Assembly (NCBI GenBank): GCA_963697165.1
Contig: CAVOMX010000018.1
Span: forward strand, 32,001-96,000
From: Candidatus Bathyarchaeota archaeon
GTDB lineage: Archaea; Thermoproteota; Bathyarchaeia; Bathyarchaeales; Bathyarchaeaceae
Reading direction: 5' to 3'
DNA: 64,000 nt
Under the pieces are notes generated by a model, which did not search any database, had not been told where the DNA came from, and saw nothing but the letters and a program-made list of their open reading frames with translations. Positions within the stretch are counted from its first letter, which is position 1. Each line of letters starts with the position of its first letter. The position numbers were made by a program, and so were the translations under genes. Shown here in pieces: positions 41,062 through 51,957 of this stretch.

Positions 41062-41236
41062 TTTTAAGTTAAGGCGTTAAATCAGCTTTGAAATCAGTAG
41101 AAAATATGAACGTTAATGAACATAATGATACATATTTTGCGTTTAAAAATATTTTCAAGGAAAATTACGTAGTTTATATACGTACTTTGGAAAGGGTTTA
41201 TCGAGAAAAATCTCAAGAGGAGGTGTAGAGAAAAAA

Positions 41237-41679
41237 ATGAAATTTACTAAACTACTAAGAAGCAAAAAAGCTATCTCACCTATATTTGCTAGCCTTATAC
41301 TCATTGCAATTGCAGTAATCGCAGGCATTGTAGTTTACATGTTTACATCAGGAACCATTGGCGGTTTGACTTCTGGTGGTACTGCAGCACAAGAAAAAGC
41401 AGCAGTACAAGGAGTAGGTTCTATCACAACCACAAGTTTTGATGTTTACGCTAGCTATGTATCAGGAGGAAACGTCATCACTATAACCGGTGCAGTGATT
41501 AAGAACTCAAACGGTCAGAGTTGGGTTGGTACAGTCCCGCAGGTTCTGACTTAGGTGTTGATGGATCTCTTGAAACCATACCCGTTAGTGTCACAGGAAC
41601 ATTAACTGCAGGCTCTTACTCTGTTACCCTGACAAGCAGCAAAGGCGGTAGCTTCACTTCTTCGTCATTCATAGTCTAA
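41237..41679 (+). CDS. Type IV pilin, probable major pilin (frameshift near 41520-41550)
   Basis: Class III signal KKA|ISPIFASLILIAIAVIAG; strong GAGGAGGTG RBS; its own terminator follows; the C-terminus continues ...GLYSVTLTSSKGGSFTSSSFIV*. Confidence 0.88.
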
Positions 41680-41681
41680 TA

Positions 41682-41720
41682 GGCGGTTTTTCTCAACCGC
41701 TCTTTTTTCCCCTTTTTTAT
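41682..41720 (+). terminator. Hairpin plus U-tract terminator after the major pilin
   Basis: GCGGTT-tttctc-AACCGC followed by tcttttttcccctttttttat. Confidence 0.65.
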
Positions 41721-41847
41721 TCTAGTAAATGTGCGCTTAAATGGTCTGACATTTAAAGTGCACAAAAATTTCAACGGTAGTGTTTCAGAAATGGAAAATA
41801 CTAATATCGACTCAATAGCCAATGCGGTGCCCAAAAAAAAGAGGGTT

Positions 41848-42288
41848 ATGGTTAGCAAAAGTGCTATTTCCCCTATCTTTGCAACTCTTATTATTTTGGC
41901 AGTTGTAACTGTTTTATTTATACCCGTATTCATTTGGACTACAGGAACAACCAGTGAAAATGAAGATTTCTGGGAAGCTTCAGGCATCACTGTAACCGAA
42001 CGAATTGTAATCGAAGAAGTTAACCTAAAATCGACTAACTATTGCACAATATACATACGAAACATTGGAAAAACAGCAGTTACAATAAACAACATCCTAA
42101 TCACTTCACCAGACAAAACTAGTCATGTTTACAACTCAGGAGATTTTACTCCTGCACCTGAATATGTTACTCAAGGAGAACTATTAACCATCGAAAACCT
42201 GGCGCTTGATTACACGACTGGTCTTTACACAATAAAGGTCATCACACCTCGAGGAGTTGCAGATACATATCAAGTTGTGGTTGAATAA
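41848..42288 (+). CDS. Type IV pilin (minor)
   Basis: KSA|ISPIFATLIILAVV; ERIVIEEV, IRNIG, KVITPRG. Confidence 0.85.
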   Translation: MVSKSAISPIFATLIILAVVTVLFIPVFIWTTGTTSENEDFWEASGITVTERIVIEEVNLKSTNYCTIYIRNIGKTAVTINNILITSPDKTSHVYNSGDFTPAPEYVTQGELLTIENLALDYTTGLYTIKVITPRGVADTYQVVVE

Positions 42289-43219
42289 ATTGGGTTTTGC
42301 AACCAAATTTATCCGTTGTAAAAAGGGACTTGAAACAGTCACAGCATTGTTTATGCTTCTGATTATGTTTACAGTAATAACAGGCATAATAATTGCTTAT
42401 GTTAACTATAACTTGTCAGCTCAAGAACAAATGAGTATTGAGCATGAACGATCGCAAGAAAGAATTACTCTGTTAAAGCAAATAGATGAATACACTAATA
42501 CTATTTCAAACGTTACCATCAATAACGTAGGGTCAATCGATGTTATTTTAAGAGCAATTTACATTGATGATGATGGTGTATTCTCTACTTTTGATCCTTC
42601 TGTTGGAATGGACACTACTTTAGTTCCAAGCAGTTCCATAGTGATTCCAATTGATATTCATCCGTTTAAGGATGCAAAAATTGTTGCAGCAACCCAAAGA
42701 GGCACAAGATCAATAGATATTCCGCCCCCAATCCAATATCAGGAACCCCCACCGCCAGATACCAATGAATTCTATATGGGTCCTCTTCTTCTCAAGTTTG
42801 ATGAATTCTGGTATCAAACGTTTACTGGAACTTTTAGTCCAGAAGGAGACTGGGACGAAGGATGGGTTGTGTCCAGTGACCCTGGGGAGTATTGTGCCTG
42901 GAAAATAGGTTTAACCAACATCGGTGACAAGAATATTACAATTAATGGTTATTCATGTTTTTCAACATTTCCCAGCGGTTCTTCAGATTATCGCTCGTGG
43001 TTTCTTTGGACTGAAACTGCGCCTAGCACATTGCAATTACCTATTAACGAAACCGTTACATTGTTTTTTGTTCGAGCATCTCCTGAATCAAGTGGTCTAG
43101 TAAAGATTTATTCTAATAACCAAATTTGCATGGTTTTTCTAACGTTTTATGGAGTCTATGATAATGGAGGGGCGTATGCTCAAACGATACCCTTCGAAGC
43201 TGCGATAACCATCGAATAG
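42281..43219 (+). CDS. Large minor pilin-like protein 1
   Basis: KKG|LETVTALFMLL class III-like signal; ERSQERI, NVG, RAIY, ATQRG; C-terminal domain ending QTIPFEA. Confidence 0.75.
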   Translation: MNKLGFATKFIRCKKGLETVTALFMLLIMFTVITGIIIAYVNYNLSAQEQMSIEHERSQERITLLKQIDEYTNTISNVTINNVGSIDVILRAIYIDDDGVFSTFDPSVGMDTTLVPSSSIVIPIDIHPFKDAKIVAATQRGTRSIDIPPPIQYQEPPPPDTNEFYMGPLLLKFDEFWYQTFTGTFSPEGDWDEGWVVSSDPGEYCAWKIGLTNIGDKNITINGYSCFSTFPSGSSDYRSWFLWTETAPSTLQLPINETVTLFFVRASPESSGLVKIYSNNQICMVFLTFYGVYDNGGAYAQTIPFEAAITIE

Positions 43220-43234
43220 TAGGAGAAATGGATT

Positions 43235-44158
43235 ATGAGAAGTTTGAAAAAGAACAAAAAAGGTGTCTCCACAGTCGTAGGTTCGATGCTTTTCTTAATC
43301 ATAATAATAATGTTAGCCTCAACTCTGTTTCTTGGACTCTACGGCTACAACAATAGTGCACAAGAAGCAATCATACTAGAAGAGGCAAGAGCTGAAGAAA
43401 AAATAGTAATTGATGAACTAGTAACAGACGCAGAAGTCACAGAAATAACTGCGATAAATGTTAAAAATGTCGGCTCAAGTGCAGTCAGGATACGCGCTAT
43501 TTATGTAGATAATACTTTGATTTATGATCCCTTAACTTACATTGATGCAAAAGAGGATGCATTACTAACATTACCAGATCCAACTCCCTACACGTCTACT
43601 TCAATAATTACAGCTGCAACTGAAAGAGGAGTTAAATCTACAATAGAAGAAGGAGATCTGATAGAAAACTATCAAACCCCTCTTGATAACGAATTTTATT
43701 TTGGGCCTTTAAAATTGGATTTTGAAGAATTCTATTACATCAAGGTTTTGGAAGGAACATATGATCCGACTGAAATCGAGCCAGGATGGAATCCTGATTC
43801 ATCTACAACTTTGGTTTGGCGAATAACCGTCACTAACATTGACACCAGAACGATTAATCTAACTAAATATTCGTGTCTCACGTTGATTGACAATGCAGGT
43901 GGTTCTCAAAGACCATGGTACATCGAAAAAATTGAACATGAAACTGGACCTAATTCATCATCGATCCTGCCTCAGGAAACTGTAAACATATTTTACAGAT
44001 GGGATAATCCGATATCACAAAAACATCAAAGCGTTTTTTCAAACGATTGCCAATGCAGAGTAATTTTAACCTTTTTTGGATCATTTGACCTATCTGGTGA
44101 CAGAACTATTCCGTATGGTCAGACAATACCGTTTGAAGCTGTTTTAATCGATAAATAA
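43235..44158 (+). CDS. Large minor pilin-like protein 2
   Basis: KKG|VSTVVGSMLFL; NVG..VRIRAIY, ATERG; ends QTIPFEAVLIDK. Confidence 0.82.
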   Translation: MRSLKKNKKGVSTVVGSMLFLIIIIMLASTLFLGLYGYNNSAQEAIILEEARAEEKIVIDELVTDAEVTEITAINVKNVGSSAVRIRAIYVDNTLIYDPLTYIDAKEDALLTLPDPTPYTSTSIITAATERGVKSTIEEGDLIENYQTPLDNEFYFGPLKLDFEEFYYIKVLEGTYDPTEIEPGWNPDSSTTLVWRITVTNIDTRTINLTKYSCLTLIDNAGGSQRPWYIEKIEHETGPNSSSILPQETVNIFYRWDNPISQKHQSVFSNDCQCRVILTFFGSFDLSGDRTIPYGQTIPFEAVLIDK

Positions 44159-45411
44159 TGAAGGAAGCAATGAAAATGAAAAAAATTAGAAAGTTTAGAC
44201 AAGATAAGAAGGGAGTTTCATCTCTATTCATTGCTATTTTCATTGCTTTATTGTCTATAATGCTAATTTCAACCCTATTTGTTAGTTTAGTGATTTCAAG
44301 TTCTGCATTGACCGACAATTTGAGGCTTGAACAAGAAAAGATGCAAGAAAGTATTAAATTGCAGGGACCAAATGGATTAGAATTGCTTCCTGATCAGGCC
44401 ACAGTGAAATCGTTAAGAGTAAAAAATAACGGAGCAATACCTGTAAGGATAAGGGCGTTATATATTGGTCAAGAATTTATTTGTGATCCTTCAGAAGCTC
44501 CAAATCAAGACACTTTTATAGCACCAGGAAAAGAAAAATGGATTGATTTATTTTTTGATCATCCAAATTTGCCAATTATCCTCGATGACGATATTATAGA
44601 ATCTTTGTGGACAGTAGCAACAGAAAGAGGCACACGATCATCCGAAACAGGTGCCGATATTCAGTTTGGAAAACCCGGAGAGACAAGTCTTCCGCAGTTC
44701 TATATTGGTCCACTTATGATTTTTTTTGATATGTTTAACTGGAAAAGTGCTGATGGCGAATGGCAAAGCGGTTGGACAATACCTAAAACTGCTGATGAAG
44801 TAACGTGGCGTATACTATTAAGAAACGTAGATCAACGTCAAATTACACTTAGAGACACATCTTTCTTTAATTTAGTGTGTAACAACAATATTCCCAACAA
44901 CATTTTAGACTGGTATATTGACGATGATGCAGCTAGAAGAGTGTTTAATCCGGGTCAATACCATTATGTGCACTTCACAGTTGACAAAAATGGGAAACCC
45001 CAAGGTATCAACAGCTTTCAAGAATGGACATCGTGTATTAACTTTCTAGTTCTCACAGGCATATTTGAAGATGGGTCATATATTGGACAAACAATACCTT
45101 TTGAAGCAGTGCTTGTAACGCCTGAACCAGAATTAACTATAACTGCTAACCCATCAACTGTACCGCCTGGTTATGGAACAGAATCTAAATCCCTAATAAC
45201 TGTGACATTGACGGATTCTTTGGGAACACCGATTCCTAATTCTTTGGTTCACTTTTCGACAAATTTGGGTGCTATAACCGAGTTCTCAATTACAGACCTT
45301 GATGGGGTTGCACAAGTTACTTTCACTGCAGGACTCGTTACTGGAAGAGCTGCTTTGACTGCAACAAGTCAAGGGGCATCTGATTCAACAACTGTAACTG
45401 TGAGACGATGA
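44158..45411 (+). CDS. Large minor pilin-like protein 3 with C-terminal Ig-like (Big_1/invasin-type) domain
   Basis: KKG|VSSLFIAIF; NNG..VRIRALY, ATERG, QTIPFEA, then ITVTLTDSLGTPIPN..V.F....TDLDGVAQVTF. Confidence 0.82.
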   Translation: MKEAMKMKKIRKFRQDKKGVSSLFIAIFIALLSIMLISTLFVSLVISSSALTDNLRLEQEKMQESIKLQGPNGLELLPDQATVKSLRVKNNGAIPVRIRALYIGQEFICDPSEAPNQDTFIAPGKEKWIDLFFDHPNLPIILDDDIIESLWTVATERGTRSSETGADIQFGKPGETSLPQFYIGPLMIFFDMFNWKSADGEWQSGWTIPKTADEVTWRILLRNVDQRQITLRDTSFFNLVCNNNIPNNILDWYIDDDAARRVFNPGQYHYVHFTVDKNGKPQGINSFQEWTSCINFLVLTGIFEDGSYIGQTIPFEAVLVTPEPELTITANPSTVPPGYGTESKSLITVTLTDSLGTPIPNSLVHFSTNLGAITEFSITDLDGVAQVTFTAGLVTGRAALTATSQGASDSTTVTVRR

Positions 45412-45468
45412 TGCCATGTTTACACAGTTTATATTATTTCTCAAAAAAGTAATTATGGAGATGTAAGC

Positions 45469-47089
45469 GTGAAGAAGTTCTGGAATGGTTGGGTAAAACA
45501 AAAACAAAATGTTGAAATTGACCAATTAGTTGTCGAAACCCAAACTAATACATCCAATGATTTTGCTGAAGAAGTGTTAGTTGAGCCCATAGAGATTCCA
45601 GAGACGTTTAAAGAATATTATCCTCTGCTAGATCCCCACTCTTACGCTGCTATAGTAGAAGATAATAAAAATGAACTTAAATATTCACTTTTAGAACCCA
45701 CTCTAACTTTAGAGGATAAAAAGTGGATTAAAGAGATAAAAGACATTTTATGGGATGAACTGTTAGTTAACTCCAAAGAACTTAAAAACAAAGATGAATC
45801 AGAACAATTTCTAAAAACAAAAATTGAGGAAAAAGTCAAAGAAATACAAAATAGAAGTTAACATAAACGTATTAGACAAATATCAATACTACATAACACG
45901 GGATTTCCTGAATTTTGGAAAAATTGATGGATTAATGCGAGACGATAATATTGAAGACATCTCTTGCGATGGTACGGGGATACCCATGTTTGTTTGGCAT
46001 CGAAAATATGAATCTATTCCCTCTAACATAATTTTTGAAACTGCAGAAGAGCTTGAAAATTTTGTTTTTAAACTTGCTTACATGTGCGGTAGACACATCT
46101 CGATTGCTCAACCTTTACTTGATGGGACTCTTCCAGATGGAAGCAGAGCACAAGTAACCTATGGCACAGAAGTAACACCCAAAGGCAGCACTTTTACTAT
46201 ACGAAAATTCAAAAAAACTCCTCTCACCATCACTGATCTTTTGGTTTACAATGCGCTTTCACCAGAAATGGCAGCTTACTTCTGGTTTCTTATCGAGAAT
46301 CGACATTCAGTAATGATAGGTGGTGATATCGGAGGAGGAAAAACTTCTATGCTAAATGCAATTAGCCTCTTCATCAGACCGACCTTAAAAGTAGTAAGTA
46401 TTGAAGACACTCAAGAGATTAGATTACCTCATCAGAACTGGGAAATGATGGTAACCCGCCAAGGACTGGGTACAAGTGGAGGCGCAATGGGTGAAGGGGG
46501 AATCGGATCAATTAGTATGTTTGATCTTCTACGTGCTTCATTAAGGCAAAGACCAGACTTTATTATCGTAGGTGAAATTCGAGGTGAAGAAGCCTACGCT
46601 CTATTTCCAAGCCATGGCTACCGGACATCTTGGTTTGACAACAATTCACGCTGAACATGTTCAAGGTGTACTGCATAGGCTTACAACAAGACCAATGAAT
46701 ATTCCACACACGCAAGTAGAAAACTTAAACGCCATATCTATTGTCCGAAGACTGGTTGTTGACAATGTTTCCTTAAGGAGGACAGTTAGTGTTTCCGAAA
46801 TGGTTGGTTGGGACAGAAAAAAGAAGGATTTCAAACTAAAAGAAATTTTCAGATGGGACGCTGAAAAAGACGTTTTCACTAAAGTGGGAAAAAGTCCCTT
46901 GCTTAAGCAAATAGCAGATCAATGGGGTTATTCTATGAATGAAATTGACCAGGAACTTAGAAAAACGAAAAGTGATCCTAGAATACATGGTGTTAAAAAA
47001 CATACGCTCCTACGAGGACGTCTCTAAACTGGTTTTAGATTATTTCTGCTGAACCAGAAAAAATCTACAGAAAAGCAAAGGTGAATTAA
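45469..47089 (+). CDS. Type II/IV secretion (pilus assembly) ATPase, VirB11/TadA family (frameshifts)
   Basis: IEDISCDG, FTIRKF, Walker A GDIGGGKTS, IEDTQE, LRQRPDFIIVGEIRG, AMATGH..TTIHA. Confidence 0.93.
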
Positions 47090-47094
47090 AAACA

Positions 47095-47973
47095 ATGATA
47101 CTTGACCCATGGAGCTTTGCCTATAGAATCTTCAGCAAAAGAATTGATAGGTATTTACCTCAATTCCAAGATGTTCATATTCAACTCAAAAAAAGTGGAA
47201 GACGAGTTACCTTCAAAGCTTATATTTCCTTTATGTTTTTTGCCTCAACTATTGCATTCGTAGCAACGATGGTAGTGTCTCCACTTGTGTTACCATTCAT
47301 TCTTGGATTTGCATTTTTATCTGTCGCCAATATTTTGCTTAGCTTAATGTTTGCAGGTCTCGCTTTTGTTTTAACTCTAATATTTTTCTACTTATATCCC
47401 GGTATAATGGCAAGTAACCGAAAAATCCCAATCGAAAACAATCTACCTTACATTTCTAGCTTCTTGACACTGCTCTCAAGCTCAAATGTACCACCAAGTG
47501 TAATTTTTCGTTCAATGGCTAGAATTGAGACCCTCTCAGAAGTTAAGCTGGAATTTAGCAACATCGTAAGAGATGTAGAAGTTTTCGGGAAAGATCTTAT
47601 GAATTCAATCCTTGAGAATGTGAAATACACTCCAAACGATAAATTACGTGAAATGCTCAAAGGATATGTCGCAACGGTTCGAACCGGAGGTAATCCCACT
47701 GAATATCTTAGAATTTCTACTGATAATTTAGCAAGAGAAAGAATGAGTAAACTAGATGTAATGTTAGAATCTTTATCTGCTATAGCTGAAATCTACATCT
47801 TAGTTCTCGTTGCTATGCCCCTGCTTTTCGTTGTGCTGCTTGCTACCTTAGGTATGATAGGTAGCGGAGGAATGGGTATGAATCCTGCCTGGATACTCTA
47901 CCTCTTAACTTATGTAGGAATCCCCATAATGGCCGCTGTAATAATTGTATTAGTTTCAACTTTTGAGAAGTGA
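47095..47973 (+). CDS. Type II secretion system F / TadC-like platform protein
   Basis: IENNLPY...IVRDVEVFGKDL...TP...E.Y.; TM helices; follows the ATPase. Confidence 0.88.
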   Translation: MILDPWSFAYRIFSKRIDRYLPQFQDVHIQLKKSGRRVTFKAYISFMFFASTIAFVATMVVSPLVLPFILGFAFLSVANILLSLMFAGLAFVLTLIFFYLYPGIMASNRKIPIENNLPYISSFLTLLSSSNVPPSVIFRSMARIETLSEVKLEFSNIVRDVEVFGKDLMNSILENVKYTPNDKLREMLKGYVATVRTGGNPTEYLRISTDNLARERMSKLDVMLESLSAIAEIYILVLVAMPLLFVVLLATLGMIGSGGMGMNPAWILYLLTYVGIPIMAAVIIVLVSTFEK

Positions 47974-47980
47974 TTCTAAA

Positions 47981-48821
47981 ATGAAAATAATAAGAAAAAC
48001 ACTCAAAAAAATTACCATCATTTCAGCCATAGCAGGGATAGCTTTATTCTTTTGGTGCAATACCATTCTACATTACTTCCTCTGACTTGGACTATGTTCT
48101 GGTCTTTGCGTTTACTGTCGCTGTTTTGCCTCCAGGAATTGCTAGTATAATCCATAATCGATGGCAAAATAAAATAGAAAAAGCAACCCCCGAATTCTTA
48201 AGAGATCTATCCACATCCTTTCGAACAGGTATGCCCCTATATGCTGCTCTTGAACATGCAGCCAAAAGAGATTATGGTCCTCTAACTACAGAACTCAAAT
48301 TGATGGTGTCTCAAATGAGTTGGGGAATGAACTTTAATGATGCACTTATGGAATTTAGCAAAAGAATCGACTTACCGTTAATAAAAAAAGCTACTGTTCT
48401 TATCCTGGAAGCTGGAAGACATGGAGGAGATCTTTCAGAAATCTTTGACTCCACAGCAAAATATGTAGATAATGTTAACGCATGGACCAATAAAAGAAGA
48501 ATGCAAACACTACCTTATGTGGCTATATTCTATTTCTCAGTAATCATATTCCTTTTCATAATCATCCTTATTACAAACATGATATTTGCACCCATGAGCG
48601 AAATTGCAGAGGGAGGATCTGCTGGACTTATAAATCCAATTCTTTCTTCCGAAATAGCTAGAAGAGTGTTTTTGCACACAGCCCTTCTAGAAGCACTCTT
48701 TGGCGGTATTCTCGCAGGAAAAATACATGAAAATTCGTTTCTTGGAGGCTTAAAACACGCAGCAGATACTAGCGATAACCTCAGGATTTGCCTTCTTTCA
48801 TTTTCTTCCAATAACCATTGA
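47981..48821 (+). CDS. Second TadC-like platform protein (frameshifts at both ends)
   Basis: PEFLRDL...GMPL..AL...DYGPL..E....Q.SWG..F..AL; GG.L.EI. Confidence 0.88.
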
Positions 48822-48858
48822 CATAACAAGAGGATAGAATAATAGAAGGAAGAAGAAA

Positions 48859-50069
48859 ATGAGAAGAAGAGCAATAACGAAGCGCAACAAGAAAAGGAAG
48901 AACAATCATCTGTTCAATAGAAGCTCTATCGAAAGTAAAGAAAAATCATCAAAGACCAAAGAAACTGATGAATATCTCCAGGAAGAAAGAAAAGAAGCAT
49001 ATCTTGAACGCCCTTCACAAAATCTACTTAGAAGTCTTTTAAAAAACGGTAATAACGCGGAAATAATCCCGATTTATGATCCAAAATTAGGATTTATTTA
49101 TCGAACTGCCGAACAAGCCTTTGAAGAAGAAATATCCACGCCAAGAAGTTTTAGACTTTCTAGAACGTCTTACACGATTAGGTATACTTGAAAAGAGGTT
49201 TTTTGACACTGTTTCGACATGCCCACATTGTGAATCAACTGCAATGACGCTACATTATTATTGTCCAAAATGTAAAAGCCACAACCTAGTTAAAACTAAT
49301 CTAACCGAACATATTCCATGTGGTTTCATAATAGAAAGAGAAAAGTATGTCAACGGAAAATGTCCAAGATGTGATGAACCACTCACAGATAAATCAATAC
49401 AGGAACATGGGACGATGGTATATTTGCAGAGATTGTAACGAAAAATTTGAACATCCTGACCTCGAAATCAATTGTCGAAAATGTAATAGAATCTTCACGA
49501 TCGAAGAATCTAAAGTTCTAGAAATACCCAAATTTACTCTCAACACAATAAGAAAAAATGAGATAAGGCAAAACGTCGCCAGCCTTCAAAAAATAAGTAA
49601 ACTCCTACAAGACCTCAAATTCCAAGTAGAAATTCCCGGAATAGCCATTGGACAAAAGAGCGGTATGAAACACCATTTTAGCCTAATAGCAAGAAAGGAA
49701 ATACAGGGAGAAGAAATTATTATAGCTCTTGACCATGCAGTAAGCGAAAGTGAAGTCCAATCATCTCCACTTATACTTTATATCTACAAGACTTCTGAAG
49801 TAAAAGTTGATATACCAATCTTTATAGCGATCCACAAACTTAGCGAAAAAGCAAAAAAAGTAGCCCAAGGTCACCAAATTTTGCTGATCGAAGGCTCACC
49901 AGAAAGCCAAGAAACAATTGACCAAATAAAAATAGAAATAGAATTCAGACTTATACAAAAAACCCAGCCACACACAGAAACACCAATTCTGCCAAATGAA
50001 CAACAAGAAAAGAAAGAAGACAAAAAAACAAATGGATACACAGAGCGAAATAAAACCACAATTATTTAG
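48859..50069 (+). CDS. TackOD1-like multi-zinc-ribbon protein with C-terminal endonuclease-fold-like region (frameshifts)
   Basis: IIPIYDPKLGFIY / LERLTRLGIL / CPHC..CPKC..EHIPCG..CPRC / CRDC..CRKC / IPG...GQKSGMKHHFSL. Confidence 0.7.
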
Positions 50070-50297
50070 CACAATATCCTCCATACATCAACCTCAAAAA
50101 TCAAACTAAAAAATTTAACCGATTCATGAAAACCATAAAGAAAACTGCAAAAAGAGACAAAAGACGCCCTATAACAAACAATGAAAAATGCAATCAAAAT
50201 TGAAAGCTACCAAAGCTCTCGTTATTGATTTACATTTCCAGTCAGCTTCACGAAATCATAATGTCTAAAATTGAAGAAAAGAAGGAAACAAGACAGA

Positions 50298-50771
50298 ATG
50301 GTTCAACCAGAAAACCAAAATAACGAAAATTCTGAATATGTAAGCTACTGTGGACTATTCTGTCCAGACTGTCCTCTTGTACGCTGGTAAAGTCTCCGAT
50401 TTAGCTAGAGACCTTACGGAAGGAACTTAGAAGAGTCCAATATGACAAGTTCGCAAAGTATATTTCCAAGTTCCCAGCAGGCAAAGAATTAGAAACAATT
50501 CAACGAATGCTACACAATTCTTGGCACTCTAATGAAGTTTCGGTGCGAAAGAGGCTGCAGATTGGGTGGAGGAACAGACAATTGTCAAATAAGACAATGC
50601 AATCAAGATCAAAAACTACAAGGTTGCTGGCAATGCAAAAAATATAAAAATTGCACAAAATTAGACTCTTTAAATGCTCTCCATGGAAACTGCGCATCGA
50701 AAAAACTTGAAACCATCCAAAAAAAGGGTATTTCTGAATTATCCAAGGAAAATAATCCGTGGTATAGCTAA
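50298..50771 (+). CDS. DUF3795-like cysteine-rich protein (frameshifts)
   Basis: VSYCGLFCPDC (manual translation) ... CERGCR....CQIRQC......GCWQC....C. Confidence 0.7.
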
Positions 50772-50817
50772 CAAATAAAATGACTCTGGTGCAGGTGTGA
50801 AAACAAATATTGTCAAT

Positions 50818-51163
50818 TTAGCTTTCAATTTTCGTTTTTTTATTCCATCTTTTTAGAAACAACAATACTATCGCTGAGAAAAGAAGTAGGATTCCTATTA
50901 GATAATAATGAATAAGTTGTAAACCTATTCCCAAACTGATACTTTCTCCTGTTCGGGAGCCAAAAAATATTAAGCTGAAGTCTTTTCCCCAGACTGTTAT
51001 ATCTTTCCACATTACAAATCCAACCTGATATAAGGGCCATTGACCCAATTACTATTAAGGAAATTATTACCACATTAAATGGTGTGAAATAAGTTTTCAA
51101 TTCTTTTAATAGACCAGATTTTTCTTGTTGCTGTTCAAGATTTTCTGTTCCACTTTTCTTCAT
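50818..51163 (-). CDS. Small membrane protein (frameshift near 51040)
   Basis: Two overlapping hydrophobic ORFs join: VIISLIVIGSMAL / YQVGFVMWKDI...YYLIGILLLF. Confidence 0.55.
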
Positions 51164-51368
51164 AGTAGAGTAAAAAATCAATATCATACTCTCCACTATT
51201 ACTTTTTTTAGAGTTAATATAAACTATGTAAACCGTATTCATTTGTCAAAGCATTGTGATATTACTCGAGTTTCTCCCCCAAACTCTTCTTTTCTTCTTT
51301 TATGAGCACTGAATTTAACTTAGCTATTGTAACAATAATTATTAATTAAATGCTGATTATAAAAAATT

Positions 51369-51488
51369 TAGAAAGAAGGGTTTGCTGAGGCTTCTACACA
51401 GTTGTTGATGAGTAAGGTCACATTCAACCTTTTTTCAAGGGGGAAAGAATGTGTACTCCTGTGCTTGAGCCATTTCAGCCCCATTCTA
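51369..51488 (+). ncRNA. Putative structured rod-like hairpin element, copy 1
   Basis: Nested pairings TAGAA/TTCTA, GGG/CCC, GCTGA/TCAGC, GGCTT/GAGCC, CACAG/CTGTG, an 8-nt bulge, GAGTA/TACTC, CACATTC/GAATGTG; homologous to 54193-54317. Confidence 0.5.
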
Positions 51489-51957
51489 TTCCTTTTATTA
51501 GTTCAAAAAAAGGGGGAAGATTTTTTGTGCATTGTATTGTATAAATAAATTTCATCATCCCAAAGCATTAATCAAGATTTTTTCTTTTATTGGTGTTACG
51601 AGTTCTGGTCGTTTTATGTTGAAAAAATGGCAATTGGTTCCGTTGTAGAAAACAGTTGGTTTAGGAAATAGATTGCATTTACCGTTGATTTTTCCCCCGT
51701 TGATCAATATTGGATTATGAGCAATTGATCCGAGTAACGACCATTACTCATTAACAAATAATTATGTAAAGTATTTAGAATATAAAATTTTGCATAAAAT
51801 GATGAAGAAATAACAGTTCCTTTTGATAAACAATTTATTATTTCCCCGAACGCACATTTTCATTCAAACATAAACCTAGGGTATCTTGACTAAGGGGATT
51901 TGTCTATAAGGATATAGTTGGATTAGACCTTCTGTCGATTGACTTGAAGCTGCCCCT

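Noticed and set aside
41237..48821. Archaellum (motility) operon
   Set aside because: No FlaH/FlaF/FlaG or chemotaxis genes, and two TadC-like genes rather than one FlaJ; fits a type IV pilus.
51369..51488. Integron attC site or C/D-box sRNA reading of the hairpin elements
   Set aside because: No RYYYAAC/GTTRRRY ends and no integrase in view. CTGA and TGATGA are present, but not in the C-D'-C'-D layout, and CTGA is buried in a stem.
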